DNA of 63,625 nucleotides, the filler included, from Globobulimina sp. (taxonomy: Eukaryota): NCBI GenBank assembly GCA_003354225.1. It is 43 parts of 43 records of this genome, joined end to end, with 100 filler letters (N's around TTAATTAATTAA, not from the genome) between each part and the next. Parts side by side here need not be neighbours in the genome. Positions count along the whole stretch, not along the records: positions 23,727 to 25,108 come from PIVH01017585.1; positions 25,209 to 26,590 come from PIVH01017586.1; positions 26,691 to 28,072 come from PIVH01017587.1; positions 28,173 to 29,554 come from PIVH01017588.1; positions 29,655 to 31,036 come from PIVH01017589.1; positions 31,137 to 32,518 come from PIVH01017590.1; positions 32,619 to 34,000 come from PIVH01017591.1; positions 34,101 to 35,482 come from PIVH01017592.1; 35 more parts are not named here. One strand, written 5' to 3'. Position numbers and translations under genes: made by a program. The stretch's first letter is position 1. Each line of letters begins with the position of its first letter. Positions 24,817-37,064 of this stretch are shown here, in pieces. Under the pieces are notes generated by a model. The model did not search any database. It was not told the origin of the DNA and worked only from the letters and a program-made list of their open reading frames with translations.

Positions 24817-25208
24817 GTTTGTTACGTATACCTAAGAATTATTTATGTTACGTATACATACGTCATTTTTCCGTCGATTCAATAACACTAGTGATTGTTC
24901 ATTGATTCAACACTGCTGGTCTCCCGTATGATTGAAAAATTGATGGTAATTGCTTTTAGCTATTTGCTTGCATGGTGATCTAACATTATACATTGTATGA
25001 CATGGCATAGATCCGAAGATCTGAGGATGCAAACAGATGTCGGCCATACCGTATTGTCCAAGCAAGACTAAAGTTTTTTTTACTCAAATCATACTAACTT
25101 TTTTTTACNNNNNNNNNNNNNNNNNNNNNNNNNNNNNNNNNNNNNNNNNNNNTTAATTAATTAANNNNNNNNNNNNNNNNNNNNNNNNNNNNNNNNNNNN
25201 NNNNNNNN

Positions 25209-25351
25209 TTTGGACAACGCCAGGTTTTTTCGGACCAGTTCACTTGTAGCAATAACCCACTCCACACCTTGTATTGTTTATCGGTAAGACTAGTCCATAC
25301 TCGGCTATCAATAATAGCCCTATGTAACCGCACGTAGCCACCACTAGACAT
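25209..25351 (-). CDS. Phage replication initiator / replisome-organiser-like N-terminus, partial
   Basis: GYVRLHRAIIDSRVW...VWSGLLLQVNW; TAATG overlap with the upstream gene; GGGAG RBS. Confidence 0.65.
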
Positions 25352-25590
25352 TACAGCTCTCCCTTATGCCTTTTATCAATGTAATGCTCAATCTGAGCCT
25401 TCGCGGCACACTCTGGCACAACTTCTGCTTTGCCTGTGGGCCATATTCTTACCCAATGTTTTTCAGTTGGCAATTGTTTAGGTATCGAGTACCTGTGCCA
25501 ATGCCTTATTTCTGCAGGTGGCTGATGATTTATCACATAAAGCGTACATCCATCCGGCAAATGAAAGCAACTTAGATTGTCACTACTCAT
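25351..25590 (-). CDS. Phage hypothetical protein
   Basis: TAATG translational coupling at both ends; GGGAG RBS. Confidence 0.6.
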   Translation of the reverse strand: MSSDNLSCFHLPDGCTLYVINHQPPAEIRHWHRYSIPKQLPTEKHWVRIWPTGKAEVVPECAAKAQIEHYIDKRHKGEL

Positions 25591-25817
25591 TATTTTTCTC
25601 TCCCTAGTTTTATAACTTCAATTATATCACTCTCTTGAATCCACCAGCCACCCAATTTGCTATTACTCTTCGTATTAGTGAAGAAATGGCCTGAGCCGTA
25701 CTTAGATGGCCTCTGATAGTACCCACGATAGACGCTATCAGGCTTACCCCAGCTTGCTAAGCAGAATTCTACCAGTGTTAGCCGTGGGTAGAGGTATGGA
25801 TTAGGGTAGCTTCCCAT
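25590..25817 (-). CDS. Phage hypothetical protein
   Basis: Overlaps both neighbours; GGAG upstream. Confidence 0.55.
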   Translation of the reverse strand: MGSYPNPYLYPRLTLVEFCLASWGKPDSVYRGYYQRPSKYGSGHFFTNTKSNSKLGGWWIQESDIIEVIKLGREK

Positions 25818-26205
25818 TTTCTACATTCTCCCACCATGTTTTGCATAAATGCTGTAATGTTTTCAAATTAGTTTTATGTCTGCCGCAGCCCTTAATATGT
25901 TTAGCCGAGTAAACGTCCATCTCTTCTGGTACTAGCCAGCTGTTAATATCAACTGGGTTTTTCTTCTTACCCCAAATTACAAAAACTGTAAAGCTTCCAT
26001 TTCTAGCCATGGCTTCAAATGTTAACCTCTGACCTAGCGGTAGCGGCGCTCCAGGCGCTTTTACTTCGAACACTAAGAATTGCCCCTTACGCTCTAGTAT
26101 GCCGTCTAAATCGCCTGGTATTCGTTTAGGCCCTGGGAATGATTTAGCTACACAATCCCAGTTTATTGCGCCGTCTCGGAAAGCCTTCTCGTTTTTTATT
26201 ACCAC
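25801..26205 (-). CDS. Phage PD-(D/E)xK nuclease-like protein
   Basis: GDLDGILERKGQFLVFEVK...GQRLTF; GTG start overlapping the upstream TAG; GGAG RBS. Confidence 0.65.
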   Translation of the reverse strand: MVIKNEKAFRDGAINWDCVAKSFPGPKRIPGDLDGILERKGQFLVFEVKAPGAPLPLGQRLTFEAMARNGSFTVFVIWGKKKNPVDINSWLVPEEMDVYSAKHIKGCGRHKTNLKTLQHLCKTWWENVENGKLP

Positions 26206-26590
26206 TAATCATCTGACTCCTTAACTCCCTCGATTTTGATGTTTTTTTCTTTGGCCAACATTTTCCAGATATTCCAAATTGATTCATGCGGTCCAGGTGA
26301 CCACAAATCTCTTTTTTCTTCAAAATTAGCTATTCTTTGGTAGCCGATTTTGGAATATGGGCAATCGCCTGTTTCCTTCCAATTATCGAATAACTGCGTG
26401 CCATTTGGAGTTGTGCTGCAATCCAGCCTCATTAGCTGTAAGCATAATTTCTTAGAAACCTTTCCCCAATTTGCAAAAAACATTTGAGTGATAGCATAAT
26501 AAGCTCCCCGCAAATCAGCTCCCACCAAATAAGCTCCCACCCAATTAGCTCCCCGCAAATAAGCTCCCCGCAAATCAGCTCCCACCAAAT
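26205..26590 (-). CDS. Pentapeptide-repeat protein with C-terminal domain (phage), 5' partial
   Basis: ADLRG/AYLRG/ANWVG/AYLVG repeats, visible as 15-nt tandem DNA repeats at 26498-26590. Confidence 0.8.
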
Positions 26591-26690
26591 NNNNNNNNNN
26601 NNNNNNNNNNNNNNNNNNNNNNNNNNNNNNNNNNTTAATTAATTAANNNNNNNNNNNNNNNNNNNNNNNNNNNNNNNNNNNNNNNNNNNN

Positions 26691-27335
26691 GCTTCAAGCA
26701 ATTGTATAAAATTTGCCAATTGTTTCAATAAATACAAGAAACATAATGTATACCATATTAATGGTGTACTCAATATTTTATTTGCCCACGGCACTGTTTT
26801 AGATAAATAATTCTGTAAAAAATACTTTAATAAAAATATTTCCTGTCCAATACATAATGTTAACATAAAATACGGAAATTGATAGTATAATTGCAAGAAT
26901 TTATTGCGTGCTGTTTTATGACTTTTATTCCCTGCTTCTACTTTACTATGTGGTTATATTTATATTTATATTACATAAACAAATTCAAATATATATATAT
27001 GTTTACCTCATCATATGCATCCAATGACTTGTGATATCTAACATAATGCCAAGCGCTGATAAATACCAATAATTAGGATACAATCGTGCTAAACAAACAT
27101 ATAAACACATTGTAGTCATTCTATCTGCCAACATATCCAGTTGTGCGCCAAAAGAAGAACATTGATTGAATCTTCTTGCAACTGTTCCATCGATAGCATC
27201 CAATCCCATACTTAATGAATAACATATAGTCGCAACCAATGGGTCAAATATTGCATAGCCGCCTGCCATAAATAATAGTATTATGCGAGCATACCCAATT
27301 ATGTTTGGATAATATAGATATACTGGATTTACCAT
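26691..27335 (-). CDS. PIS1: Phosphatidylinositol synthase (CDP-alcohol phosphatidyltransferase); intron 26946-27006; 3' partial
   Basis: PNIIGYARI, DAIDGTVARRFNQCSSFGAQLDMLADR, LDITSHW; the 61-nt intron joins to SKVEAGNKSHK...LQLYY. Confidence 0.93.
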
Positions 27336-27463
27336 TGTTGTGATGAGGATTTTGTTTAGTAGTTTTTTTAACTTTAAATTTGAAGATCCTCCCATGTCTG
27401 AGGACTAAAAGTAGAAACAGTTCATATAATATTATATATATATATATATATACTAACTATAAA

Positions 27464-27931
27464 ATGTCCAATGTAAAATACAGCAAAGCTTTAGGATTAG
27501 CGATAAATATATGCACAATCATTGTAGGATTATCCTCAATTATCGCAGGTACCACATTATGGAGTGCAGGAATTCTTGCAATGACTCATTTGTTTATGAT
27601 TGGATCAGGACTCTTTATTGTAATCATAGAATCTTTTTATTTTCCACGATTGATGATATATGTTAAATTTTATCAAACGTTATGGGGCCGATGCATCTAT
27701 TTTTTTGTTTTAGCATTATTATCGTATATGAATGGTGATGCACTACACATTTCCTGCATGGTATTAATATTGATTGTTGTGTTGTTTTTTATTATTTTTG
27801 GATTGGTTTCAATATTTTGGTTAGAAACAGCTTATGGAGTACCCCCACCGTTATATGGTTTCCCAACGCCTGAACAAGATGGTAAATTACAAAAATTACA
27901 TACTGTCGAAGAAGCACTTCAAGAATGTTAA
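27464..27931 (+). CDS. COPI-associated Golgi membrane protein (TVP15-like)
   Basis: Four hydrophobic segments; IIE...KFYQTLWGRCIYFF motif. Confidence 0.7.
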   Translation: MSNVKYSKALGLAINICTIIVGLSSIIAGTTLWSAGILAMTHLFMIGSGLFIVIIESFYFPRLMIYVKFYQTLWGRCIYFFVLALLSYMNGDALHISCMVLILIVVLFFIIFGLVSIFWLETAYGVPPPLYGFPTPEQDGKLQKLHTVEEALQEC

Positions 27932-28878
27932 CAATATGGATTGGACAGGAAATATCATTTCATTTTTTTGTGGTTTTTGTTCGTTTTTCGTGCTGCTTTT
28001 TGGTTGTACTGTTTTTCAGTTGTTCTTCATTTCGTTATCCTTGCACATCAATTTAATAATTCTGACTAACTANNNNNNNNNNNNNNNNNNNNNNNNNNNN
28101 NNNNNNNNNNNNNNNNTTAATTAATTAANNNNNNNNNNNNNNNNNNNNNNNNNNNNNNNNNNNNNNNNNNNNTGCTATCAAAAACTTTTCCATACGCAGT
28201 CTACCTAACAGACAAAGATATCATAAAGATTATTTTGCGTTAAAGAAAAAAGATTTACCACAGAGGGCACGGAGATCGCAGAGCCCACTGAGGAAAAATG
28301 ACTTATAATAACAATGAAGTAAGATAGTCCATCCCTCGGCTGATCCTGACACCGCCATCCATTTTTTCTCGTTTTAAATGCAGCACCAGTTGTGTGGCCG
28401 GGATATCATATCTTTTACTGAAATTAATTAATGGTCTGGATGGGCGGGCCTCGGACCGCTTGACTTCGATTACCTTGAAGATGATAAACAAAGACTCCAG
28501 TATTTGGATATATTTTTAACCGTGTTGGGTGAAACGCCTACATCTTCTCAATATGACAAACAGTGGCAAGTTAGAAAACGTGTTATAAATTCCATGCTGA
28601 TCAGTCTTTTAATTTTTCGAATAGTCAGTTCAAAAAACACACAAGGCGATGGCACCACAATTGATGAGCTTTGGGACAATGGACAGGAAAATGATTTGGT
28701 ATGGATGTGTTGATTCTATAATATTATTACAATATTTACCACTATTGTGAAATGAATTATTGTGAAATGAATAATATAAGAAAACCGCAACTTTTAACAC
28801 TAAAGAGATTAACCATAGTGGGCACAGGGGGGAAATAAATGATGGGTAAGGCTTGTGGTTAGTGATTGGGAACGACCA

Positions 28879-28933
28879 TTGACTTTAAAATAGAAATGTA
28901 CATACTTGTTCGTATATACTAATTGTTAAGGAG
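28879..28933 (+). promoter_or_regulatory. Sigma70-type promoter with operator half-sites and RBS of vapBC
   Basis: TTGACT (28879-84), 16 nt, CATACT (28901-06); GTACATAC-N6-GTATATAC imperfect inverted repeat (28898-28919); AAGGAG at 28928-33. Confidence 0.7.
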
Positions 28934-28943
28934 TAATAGAATT

Positions 28944-29177
28944 ATGATTGCAAAAGTATTTAAATCAGGCAACTCACAAGCAGTTAGATTACCTAAAGAA
29001 TTCCGCTTTGATGTGTCTGAGGTGGAAATTTTTAAACGCGGTGATGAAGTGATCTTAAAACAAAAATCAACAAATTTAGCCAAAGCCTTTGATTTATTGT
29101 GTCAGCTTGAGGATTCGGAGGGCTTCTTTCCAGATGGTCGTAACGATGAGCCACCACAAGAGCGGGAACTGTTTTAA
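28944..29177 (+). CDS. vapB: AbrB/SpoVT-type antitoxin VapB
   Basis: AKVFKSGNSQAVRLPKEFRF; C-terminal PPQERELF. Confidence 0.95.
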   Translation: MIAKVFKSGNSQAVRLPKEFRFDVSEVEIFKRGDEVILKQKSTNLAKAFDLLCQLEDSEGFFPDGRNDEPPQERELF

Positions 29178-29554
29178 TGTTGGAATATATTCTGGATACA
29201 AATATTTGTATTTATATCGCCAAAGAAAAACCTGTTCAAGTATTGCATAAATTTACTCAATTAGAGCCTGGCACAGTTGGTATGTCACTAATTACGCATG
29301 CAGAATTACTTTATGCCGCAGCAAAGAGTAACAATCAAACCAAAGCGCTCCAAATAATTGATCAGTTAGTGGAACTAATACCAGTATTAACAATTGGCAA
29401 TGATGTGGCTGGGCATTATGCTGATATCAGAGCATTATTATCTGAGCAGGGTAAAATTATTGGTAATAATGATCTATGGATTGCTGCGCATGTCAAGGCA
29501 CTTGATAAAACCCTGGTTACCAATAATGAAAAAGAGTTTGAAAGAGTTGATGGT
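29177..29554 (+). CDS. vapC: PIN-domain toxin VapC, 3' truncated by the contig end
   Basis: YILDTNICIY, ITHAEL, IGNNDLWIAAH, LVTNNEKEFERV; TAATG overlap with vapB. Confidence 0.95.
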
Positions 29555-29654
29555 NNNNNNNNNNNNNNNNNNNNNNNNNNNNNNNNNNNNNNNNNNNNTT
29601 AATTAATTAANNNNNNNNNNNNNNNNNNNNNNNNNNNNNNNNNNNNNNNNNNNN

Positions 29655-31036
29655 ACAGTTATCGGGCATTCACCCTCTTCTTCATCACCACCGCGGAATT
29701 TCTTTGTGCAACCTTTGAAATTTAGCAAAACAAATTATTTCATGCACACTGCTTTGATTTTCAGTAACTGCAAAAGTTCAGTACCAAATGTTAAAATATC
29801 CTAGAACATATATGTGAGAGTTATTTTAACAGTGCATTTGGCAGAACTTTTGCCATTAACAACAGTGTATATGCAATGTTTGCAAATGTTTACCTTTTGC
29901 ATAGGTTTTCTTCCGCTTAATTGGGCCTTTTTTGCCGCTGGAATCAAACACGTAGCCCAATTCAATGCGTTCTGCATATTGACAGCGAATACCAGCAAAT
30001 AATTCCAACGGCAACACCTCGATTTCCGCGTAGATTATAATGTATGGTTTGATTATAACAGGGACGGGACCGATAGCGAACGTTATTGTTTTGTCGAAAT
30101 TCAAAATGTTATCAAATAATATATTCAATGTGCCGAGAAATTGCAGGTTGAAATAAGCGCCGATATCCCATTCGCCCCAAATATAAAATTCAATGTGAAT
30201 GCTGGCCGACAATATTTTGAAGGAAAAGTCAAAATAAACACCCATTGCTAATTTGAACCAGAAGCCGACCTTAACAGTCAATGTCCCACTGCCCGTAACT
30301 ACAATTTTGAAGCCTTTGGGCGATTTGGAACCAAATGTTTTTGAAACATCTTTGGATTTAACAAAGGTCCAATCTTTCTTAAAATTGAAATCGATCAGTT
30401 TCAAGTTTCCCATCGCACCTATTTTCCCCAATGGATTAAATGAAAATTTCATAAAAGTTTTCGGCGCTCTCTTCGCCGCAGATTTCACCGCTGCAACAGC
30501 TGAAAATATATAATGTGTGGTTTGTGTATAAAATGGTTACACATTTTAATGTATAAAATTGAGAAACAAACCTTTTTTGCCCACAGATTTGCCGACACCG
30601 TCCATCATTTTCCCAACTTTCCCTAAAAACTCCTCTTCCATCAATCTCGCTGCAAAAATATCATTTGGCGTATTTAATGTATGCTGTTTCTTTCTCATTT
30701 TGCGCACTAATTTCAATGCCCTTTTTTTCGCATTCACAGCTTTCATTGCAATGCTGTTTAATCTCTTGATCCTATTCAACAATATCTGGTTCCCAATATG
30801 CTGAAACATTGGATTTTCAGCCATTAACTCATCCATTTCGCCTCTAACAATAGCAACTTCGTCGAATTCCCGCCCGATATTATCCGCCCAATTAAACTCA
30901 CCGGTATGTGCACTCAAACTGTCGTCAGACTCCTCCCCTTCCGGCGGCAAAGCATGTCGACGACCCTCTTCATCAAAATCCATCCATTCTTTCTTACCCT
31001 TTCCATTTTTCATGATATTATCCTCCGCTTTAAAAA
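29655..31036 (-). CDS. Multi-exon hypothetical protein with a beta-rich region
   Basis: ORFs 31013-30546 and 30488-29856 separated by AT-rich GT..AG segments; alternating hydrophobic pattern (TGSGTLTVKVGFWF, TITFAIGPVPVII). Confidence 0.55.
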
Positions 31037-31136
31037 NNNNNNNNNNNNNNNNNNNNNNNNNNNNNNNNNNNNNNNNNNNNTTAATTAATTAANNNNNNNN
31101 NNNNNNNNNNNNNNNNNNNNNNNNNNNNNNNNNNNN

Positions 31137-32463
31137 CTGTTACAAATCCAAATACTGATAATTTAAATAATATTAATTCCATAATATCAACAATTATTCA
31201 ATCAAGAAAAGTCAAACCAAAACAATTGCCATCAACAAATATTAAATTAGATCAATTCCCAAAAGCCTTAATTGGGCACATTTCATCATTCCTGAAACAA
31301 AATGAATATTTTCAGTTTGAAAAAACAAATAGATCAATTTTCATTGGATGTAATTCACCAAATATGTTAATGGAATTAGATTTATGTTTAGTTACAAATT
31401 ATTCATCCATTGATTTATCTCAATTTAAATCATTGAAGAAACTTAAAATAAATGTGAGTAAATTTCATGAATTTGTATTACCGCAAAATGGACAATTTAT
31501 TATTACACAATTAGATGATTTATCTTTGTATGGAAATGGGATGAAAGATTTTGATATTGAACCATTTATGAATCAAAAGTGTATTGATATTAAAAATATT
31601 AAAAGTGTGCATTTTCTTGATTTTGGTGGGTTGAACAATAGATTTAATACAGATAAATTTTGGAGATTAATGACACACTTTAAAAATATTGAATTTCTTG
31701 AATTATATGCAATTATTGTTAGAGTAAGCAGTGAGGGACAAGAATTACAGAATTTATATCCAAATCTAAAGGCATTATGCGTTGATGGCGGCGTTCTAAA
31801 AACGATTAATGATTTTGTAAATATATTTGGAAATAATTTACAATTTTTATTATATTGTTTTCCTCCACGTCGCCTCATTGATTTTAGTAACATTAATTTT
31901 AATAAATTAGAAGAGGTTGCATTGAATTCACCATCGGTTAAAATAATTAATCAAATATTAAAAACAGGACAAAACATAAAGCATTTTCGTCTCCTTCATC
32001 GCAAGAATTAAAAACTGTTATACCTCAAATATTTGCATGTAAATTGTTACAATATTTTGTAATTTCAATAAATGAAGAAAATTATGTATCCGTATTGGAT
32101 GGAATTGAGATTGGTTTATATAAAACAAAAACATTTGAAAGAAAACAAATGAAAATTCGAGTTAAAGCTATACAAAATTCCCTTATTAATTTAAAAAGTA
32201 TGATGTTGAATATTGGTCGAATAATACGTTGGTTGGAGTCAGCAAAAATCAATGATTTTATGTTTATTTGCGATATGAGTCGTATTACAAGGAAATTGAG
32301 AAGGAAATTAAAGAAAGATACAGTTGGGATTTTAAATGAATTGAATGAGATTTCATCAAATGTGGAAGCAAAACAAACAAATCAAAATCAATTGACTTTT
32401 ATAATCACAAATAACAATTGTAAAATATGTGGATGGTCAGAATCTTCCATATGTTCTATGTAA
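31137..32463 (+). pseudogene. F-box-like/LRR-like family member with a frameshift near 32000
   Basis: KLDQFPKALIGHISSFLKQNEYFQFEKTNRSIF F-box-like start, then LxxLxL repeats; the two ORFs are in different frames. Confidence 0.6.
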
Positions 32464-32618
32464 TTTAAATTAAATAATTATTTATAAATGCTTTGCGAAA
32501 TAATTATATGTATTTGCTNNNNNNNNNNNNNNNNNNNNNNNNNNNNNNNNNNNNNNNNNNNNTTAATTAATTAANNNNNNNNNNNNNNNNNNNNNNNNNN
32601 NNNNNNNNNNNNNNNNNN

Positions 32619-34000
32619 CCAATAATATCAATGTCTGGAATATCACCAATATGCAACATCAGAAATGTATTGGTTCCTTTCAAGGCCACGCCTCGCAGGT
32701 GATTTGTCTCTGTTTTTTATGTTTTATACTGTCGGACTTATTAAATATTTCGTTTTTGTCCCATACAGACCCAACAAGTGATGCTAAGTGAAGATAATCA
32801 GTATTTAATCTCCTCCGGACACGACCGATTTGTTTATATTTGGAAATGTAAAGCATTTTATAAAAAGAAACAAGATAAGAATAAATCCGTCCGCGCACCG
32901 ATATTTTCATTAGGCTTAGATGACGACGTACAAAGCATTGATATTCACAGCATCACCACCAAAATGAATAAATACGAAATAAGTTATTTAAAACAAAAAA
33001 AGAAACGCGATGACGTGGGTACGACCAAATGCGTCTATCTCATTTGTGGCAGCTCGCAAAGCAGCATTAAAATTTGGTGTTTTGACCCGCTTAAACTGCA
33101 ATGTCTCACCATCCCATCTGACCCAAATAGCAACACTTTAAAAGCGTCCGTCTCCATCACCACCGCCACAGATACTGCACTGTCACGGATACGACATGTC
33201 CGGTTTATGAGCGATAGTAAATTATTAATAATCCGCGGCCAGTCCGCCTCCATGCCATTTATGAAACAAATTGAGTTCATAGCTCACGACATTCACAGAG
33301 ATGACCCTGAGGGCGGCAGTGGCGCCGAGATGAGCTTTATTAGACAGTTCGTGTTGGAGCAGATAAGTACGTCGGTGGACGTGCTCAGCGCACATAAGAT
33401 CGAGTTAGGGACTCTCAATGTGTACGAGGACGAAAAGAGTATGAAAGTTGACAGTCATTTGACTGTGTTACATGTGGCCGATGTGGCCATTGCTAATCCC
33501 AAATCATATGACCATTATGAGACTTATGGGAAGCGGAAGAGACAAGCGGTGGAGGCGCCGACTACGGATTGCAAAGTAAATGCGAATGCCAATGAGCCGC
33601 CGGCAAAGAAGCAACGTGTGGATAGTGTTACTTTTCAGGATAAATTGTTGGAGATTGAGAGGAAGACGGAAGAGGATAAAAATAAGTTGGATGTGAAAAT
33701 TCCGAGCGCCGACTCGTTGTATATGATACTTACACAATCATTGCAAGCAAATGTTTAGTTTTTCTGTGTTTTTTATGATTATTTATGCGTGTTTTTGTGT
33801 TTTAGGATGAAAGAATGTTTGAGAGATTATTGAAGATGCAAAAAGACGAAGTGATGAGGGAATTTGAAGGGGATCTTATCGCCAATACATTGGCTCGGAT
33901 TAGTGACAAAATGGCGGTGGATTTATTGGAGAAATTAACACAGAAATTTTGAGTTTCTCCACGCGAATCTATACCGATATTGCGATGGTTGTTGCCGTTA
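32619..34000 (+). CDS. WD40 + Utp12-domain protein (WDR43/UTP5-like); introns 32699-32768 and 33753-33805; in-frame TGA at 33950
   Basis: FQGHASQ|TQQV...YLISSGHDRFVYIWK; SLYMILTQSLQAN|DERMFERLL...IANTLARI...LLEKL...ILRWL. Confidence 0.75.
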
Positions 34001-34100
34001 NNNNNNNNNNNNNNNNNNNNNNNNNNNNNNNNNNNNNNNNNNNNTTAATTAATTAANNNNNNNNNNNNNNNNNNNNNNNNNNNNNNNNNNNNNNNNNNNN

Positions 34101-35482
34101 GATATATATTGCAGACCCAATCGATGATTATTTTCAAATTAGTAATTAATTTTGTATATAACTCGTTATTTTTATTTTTATCTGACAATATGCTGCAAAA
34201 TAACCTCAATGACAGATCCATAGAATATACAATTTCATCCATATCTGTTTGAAAATCGTTAATATTTTTATTGCTCAGAACTTTATCAATTATTGGTTTT
34301 AAATTTTTGTTCGCTTTATTTGAGATTTCATGGAAAAATGGCCATAAAGCTTCCAAAATAAATAAATCTGAACATATTTCTTGTTTGTTATGGTTTGTGG
34401 CATTATCTATTTTCTCTTCTTTCTCTTTGAATTGGTCAAAACTCTGATATTTTATTATATAATTTGATAATAAGTAAGCTCTCTGCTTCGAGGATAGCGA
34501 CATTAATATTTGGTATACACTCAGCGATATAATTTGATGTATTTGGCGTGGATCATTATTTCTGTTATTATTATTTTTGTGTATAAATAAAGTCAATAAT
34601 TTAATGAATGGCAATGTTTGTGTGGGGAATATATGCAATAATTTCGAGATAAACAAAGAAATTGAACATTTCAGCGATGGCGAGGATGTGTTTTCCAATA
34701 AAATAGGAATTAAAGCCAACAAATCTGGGATAAACCCTTTACCAGATTGGATATGCGTTATTTGGCGAAACTGTATGGATTCCAAATTAATGCAAATATT
34801 ATAAAATAACACCGATAGCTCATCATCAAACGACTCAGATCGTAAAAATACGGATTTATTTAACAAATCTATCACACAAATTAGCAAATTTCCAATATTT
34901 ACCTCACTTCCGCTGTTATCATATTTGAATATTATATTCAATAAATTCACTATTTTCTCAATAATCACACCATTTATGTCCACATTAAATGGACAGCTCA
35001 GCGAGTTGTTATTATTGCCATTATTTGGATCATTGCCATCGTCATCGTCTGAGCTTGAATCCGATGAATCCGATGAATCAAAATAATCCGAGTCATGCTC
35101 ATTATTATTCAGTGCTAAATATTTCAAATATTTTGAAGGTAAAATATATTTTGATTTAATTTTGTTTAATTTCATAGAGAATATATGGTAATATAAGTGA
35201 TTAAAATGCAGTGAGTAAGAATGTGACAAATGGAGGCAAATAATCCTCTCAATTTTGAGTAAAATATTTCCAGATAAATGTTGATAAATTTTACTGTAAA
35301 TGTTTGATAAAATATCGATCAAATTGCACCGTAAACAGTTAATAGAAGTTATATCATTTATATTTAATACAATTTTCAAGCCAATAATCTGTTTATCAAA
35401 TTGATCATTATTTGCATTATATTTTGCATTCTGTAAACAATATTTAATATCTTCCGACAGCGTGTCCCAAAATTTAATGTTT
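34101..35482 (-). CDS. Internal fragment of a large alpha-solenoid (HEAT-like) protein
   Basis: Open frame across the whole contig; Leu/Ile-rich amphipathic helices with an acidic insert. Confidence 0.55.
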
Positions 35483-36016
35483 NNNNNNNNNNNNNNNNNN
35501 NNNNNNNNNNNNNNNNNNNNNNNNNNTTAATTAATTAANNNNNNNNNNNNNNNNNNNNNNNNNNNNNNNNNNNNNNNNNNNNATTGTTTAGCTTTCGTTT
35601 TTTTTTGGTTGCTGTATCACACATTGCAGCATAAATTATTATTCATTGAATCAAAAAGTTATCGAACTAAACGAAGATTAATGTCATCGATATTGTCCAG
35701 CATGTCTCGAGAGCGCTTCATGGTCGCCAGTGATTATTTGATTATATCTCGCATTGAATTTGTTATTGTTGTCATATGAATTAAATTCATATGTTTAGAA
35801 TTGCAACTGTATTGTTGTTTAAATCATGCAAAATAATATCAAGCAGATTGCGAACCAATTCATATAACAACAATATTACGATCAATATCAATATACTAAT
35901 GTTAACAATTCAATTCATATATTAAATCTCATGAATCATGATTGTTGCCAATAATCTCGTGAGTAATAATTGTAAACACAACATAACATACTCAGTATCA
36001 TTCTTTTCTCCAGGCA

Positions 36017-36673
36017 ATGCCTTTTGTGCCATACAAGTCAAAAAAAGTATGCCAAAGTCTCATTTCAAATTTAAAAACTTTGAGTGAGGATAACTTTTTT
36101 GTTATCCACAATGGCACAAAATGGGTTTCAGATCTGTTGTTAGAATACATTAAGCTATATCATATCCAAATTGTAGCTAGTTGTTTTACTTTGAAATGAG
36201 TGTATAGACCAATACCACAAAGTCTATTATGTACAAATACTACAAATACTACAAAGACTGCAATAAGTTTTAATAATTTTGTCGAAAACAGATTAGTTCC
36301 ACAGACAAATAAAAAGGCAGTAGACAGACATTTTAGGCCACAAATATATTGTTGTGATTTGGGGCATTGGATAACCAAATATCAATTTATTTTGTACCAT
36401 GATCACTATCAACAACATATGTTAGCATTGACAGATTATTTAAACTTAACACAATATTATTATGGCATTTTTGATAATAATCACCAGTCGCATGCTACAA
36501 ATGCTTCGCATAATGATAAGTTGTATCAAATGTATTATAATACAGATAATTGCAGAATTGTATTGGCTTTGTATCAATTCTATGGAATTGATTATCAAAT
36601 GCTGCCGATTGAGATACCACAAATTGTCCGAAAATGTTTGGAAATGAATTCGTTTTCTAAATACAATATATAG
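36017..36673 (+). pseudogene. Hypothetical gene split by an in-frame TGA at 36197-36199
   Basis: ORFs 36017-36199 and 36200-36673 abut in the same frame. Confidence 0.45.
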
Positions 36674-37064
36674 ATACTGTCATACTGAGGATGTAAAAGC
36701 TGTGTTTACCGCTGTTGTGTTTTTTTATTTGGTAAATGCCATCTTTTTTTTTGTTTTTCTGCATTGTTTTTTCTAATCAACATTTAATTCATTGCAATTA
36801 TTTTTTTATGCCTTTGCTGCTTTGAAACTATCGGTAGAAAATACAGAGATAATGTTTTTGTAGTTTAGTAGTATGATGACATCGAAAACAAGTAACTTGC
36901 TTCCGTTTCACAAACAATTTCCAGATAAGTTTAGATCACAAACAATATTTGGTAAATATGAAAANNNNNNNNNNNNNNNNNNNNNNNNNNNNNNNNNNNN
37001 NNNNNNNNTTAATTAATTAANNNNNNNNNNNNNNNNNNNNNNNNNNNNNNNNNNNNNNNNNNNN

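Noticed and set aside
28258-28713. Possible REP-associated tyrosine transposase remnant (DYLEDDKQRLQYLDIF) and short ACCACAGAGGGCACGGAG motif upstream of vapBC
   Set aside because: Too short and disrupted; no HUH motif visible
22245-29554. Apparent defence/mobile island (RT, phage genes and vapBC close together)
   Set aside because: Each lies on a separate size-sorted contig, so adjacency is accidental
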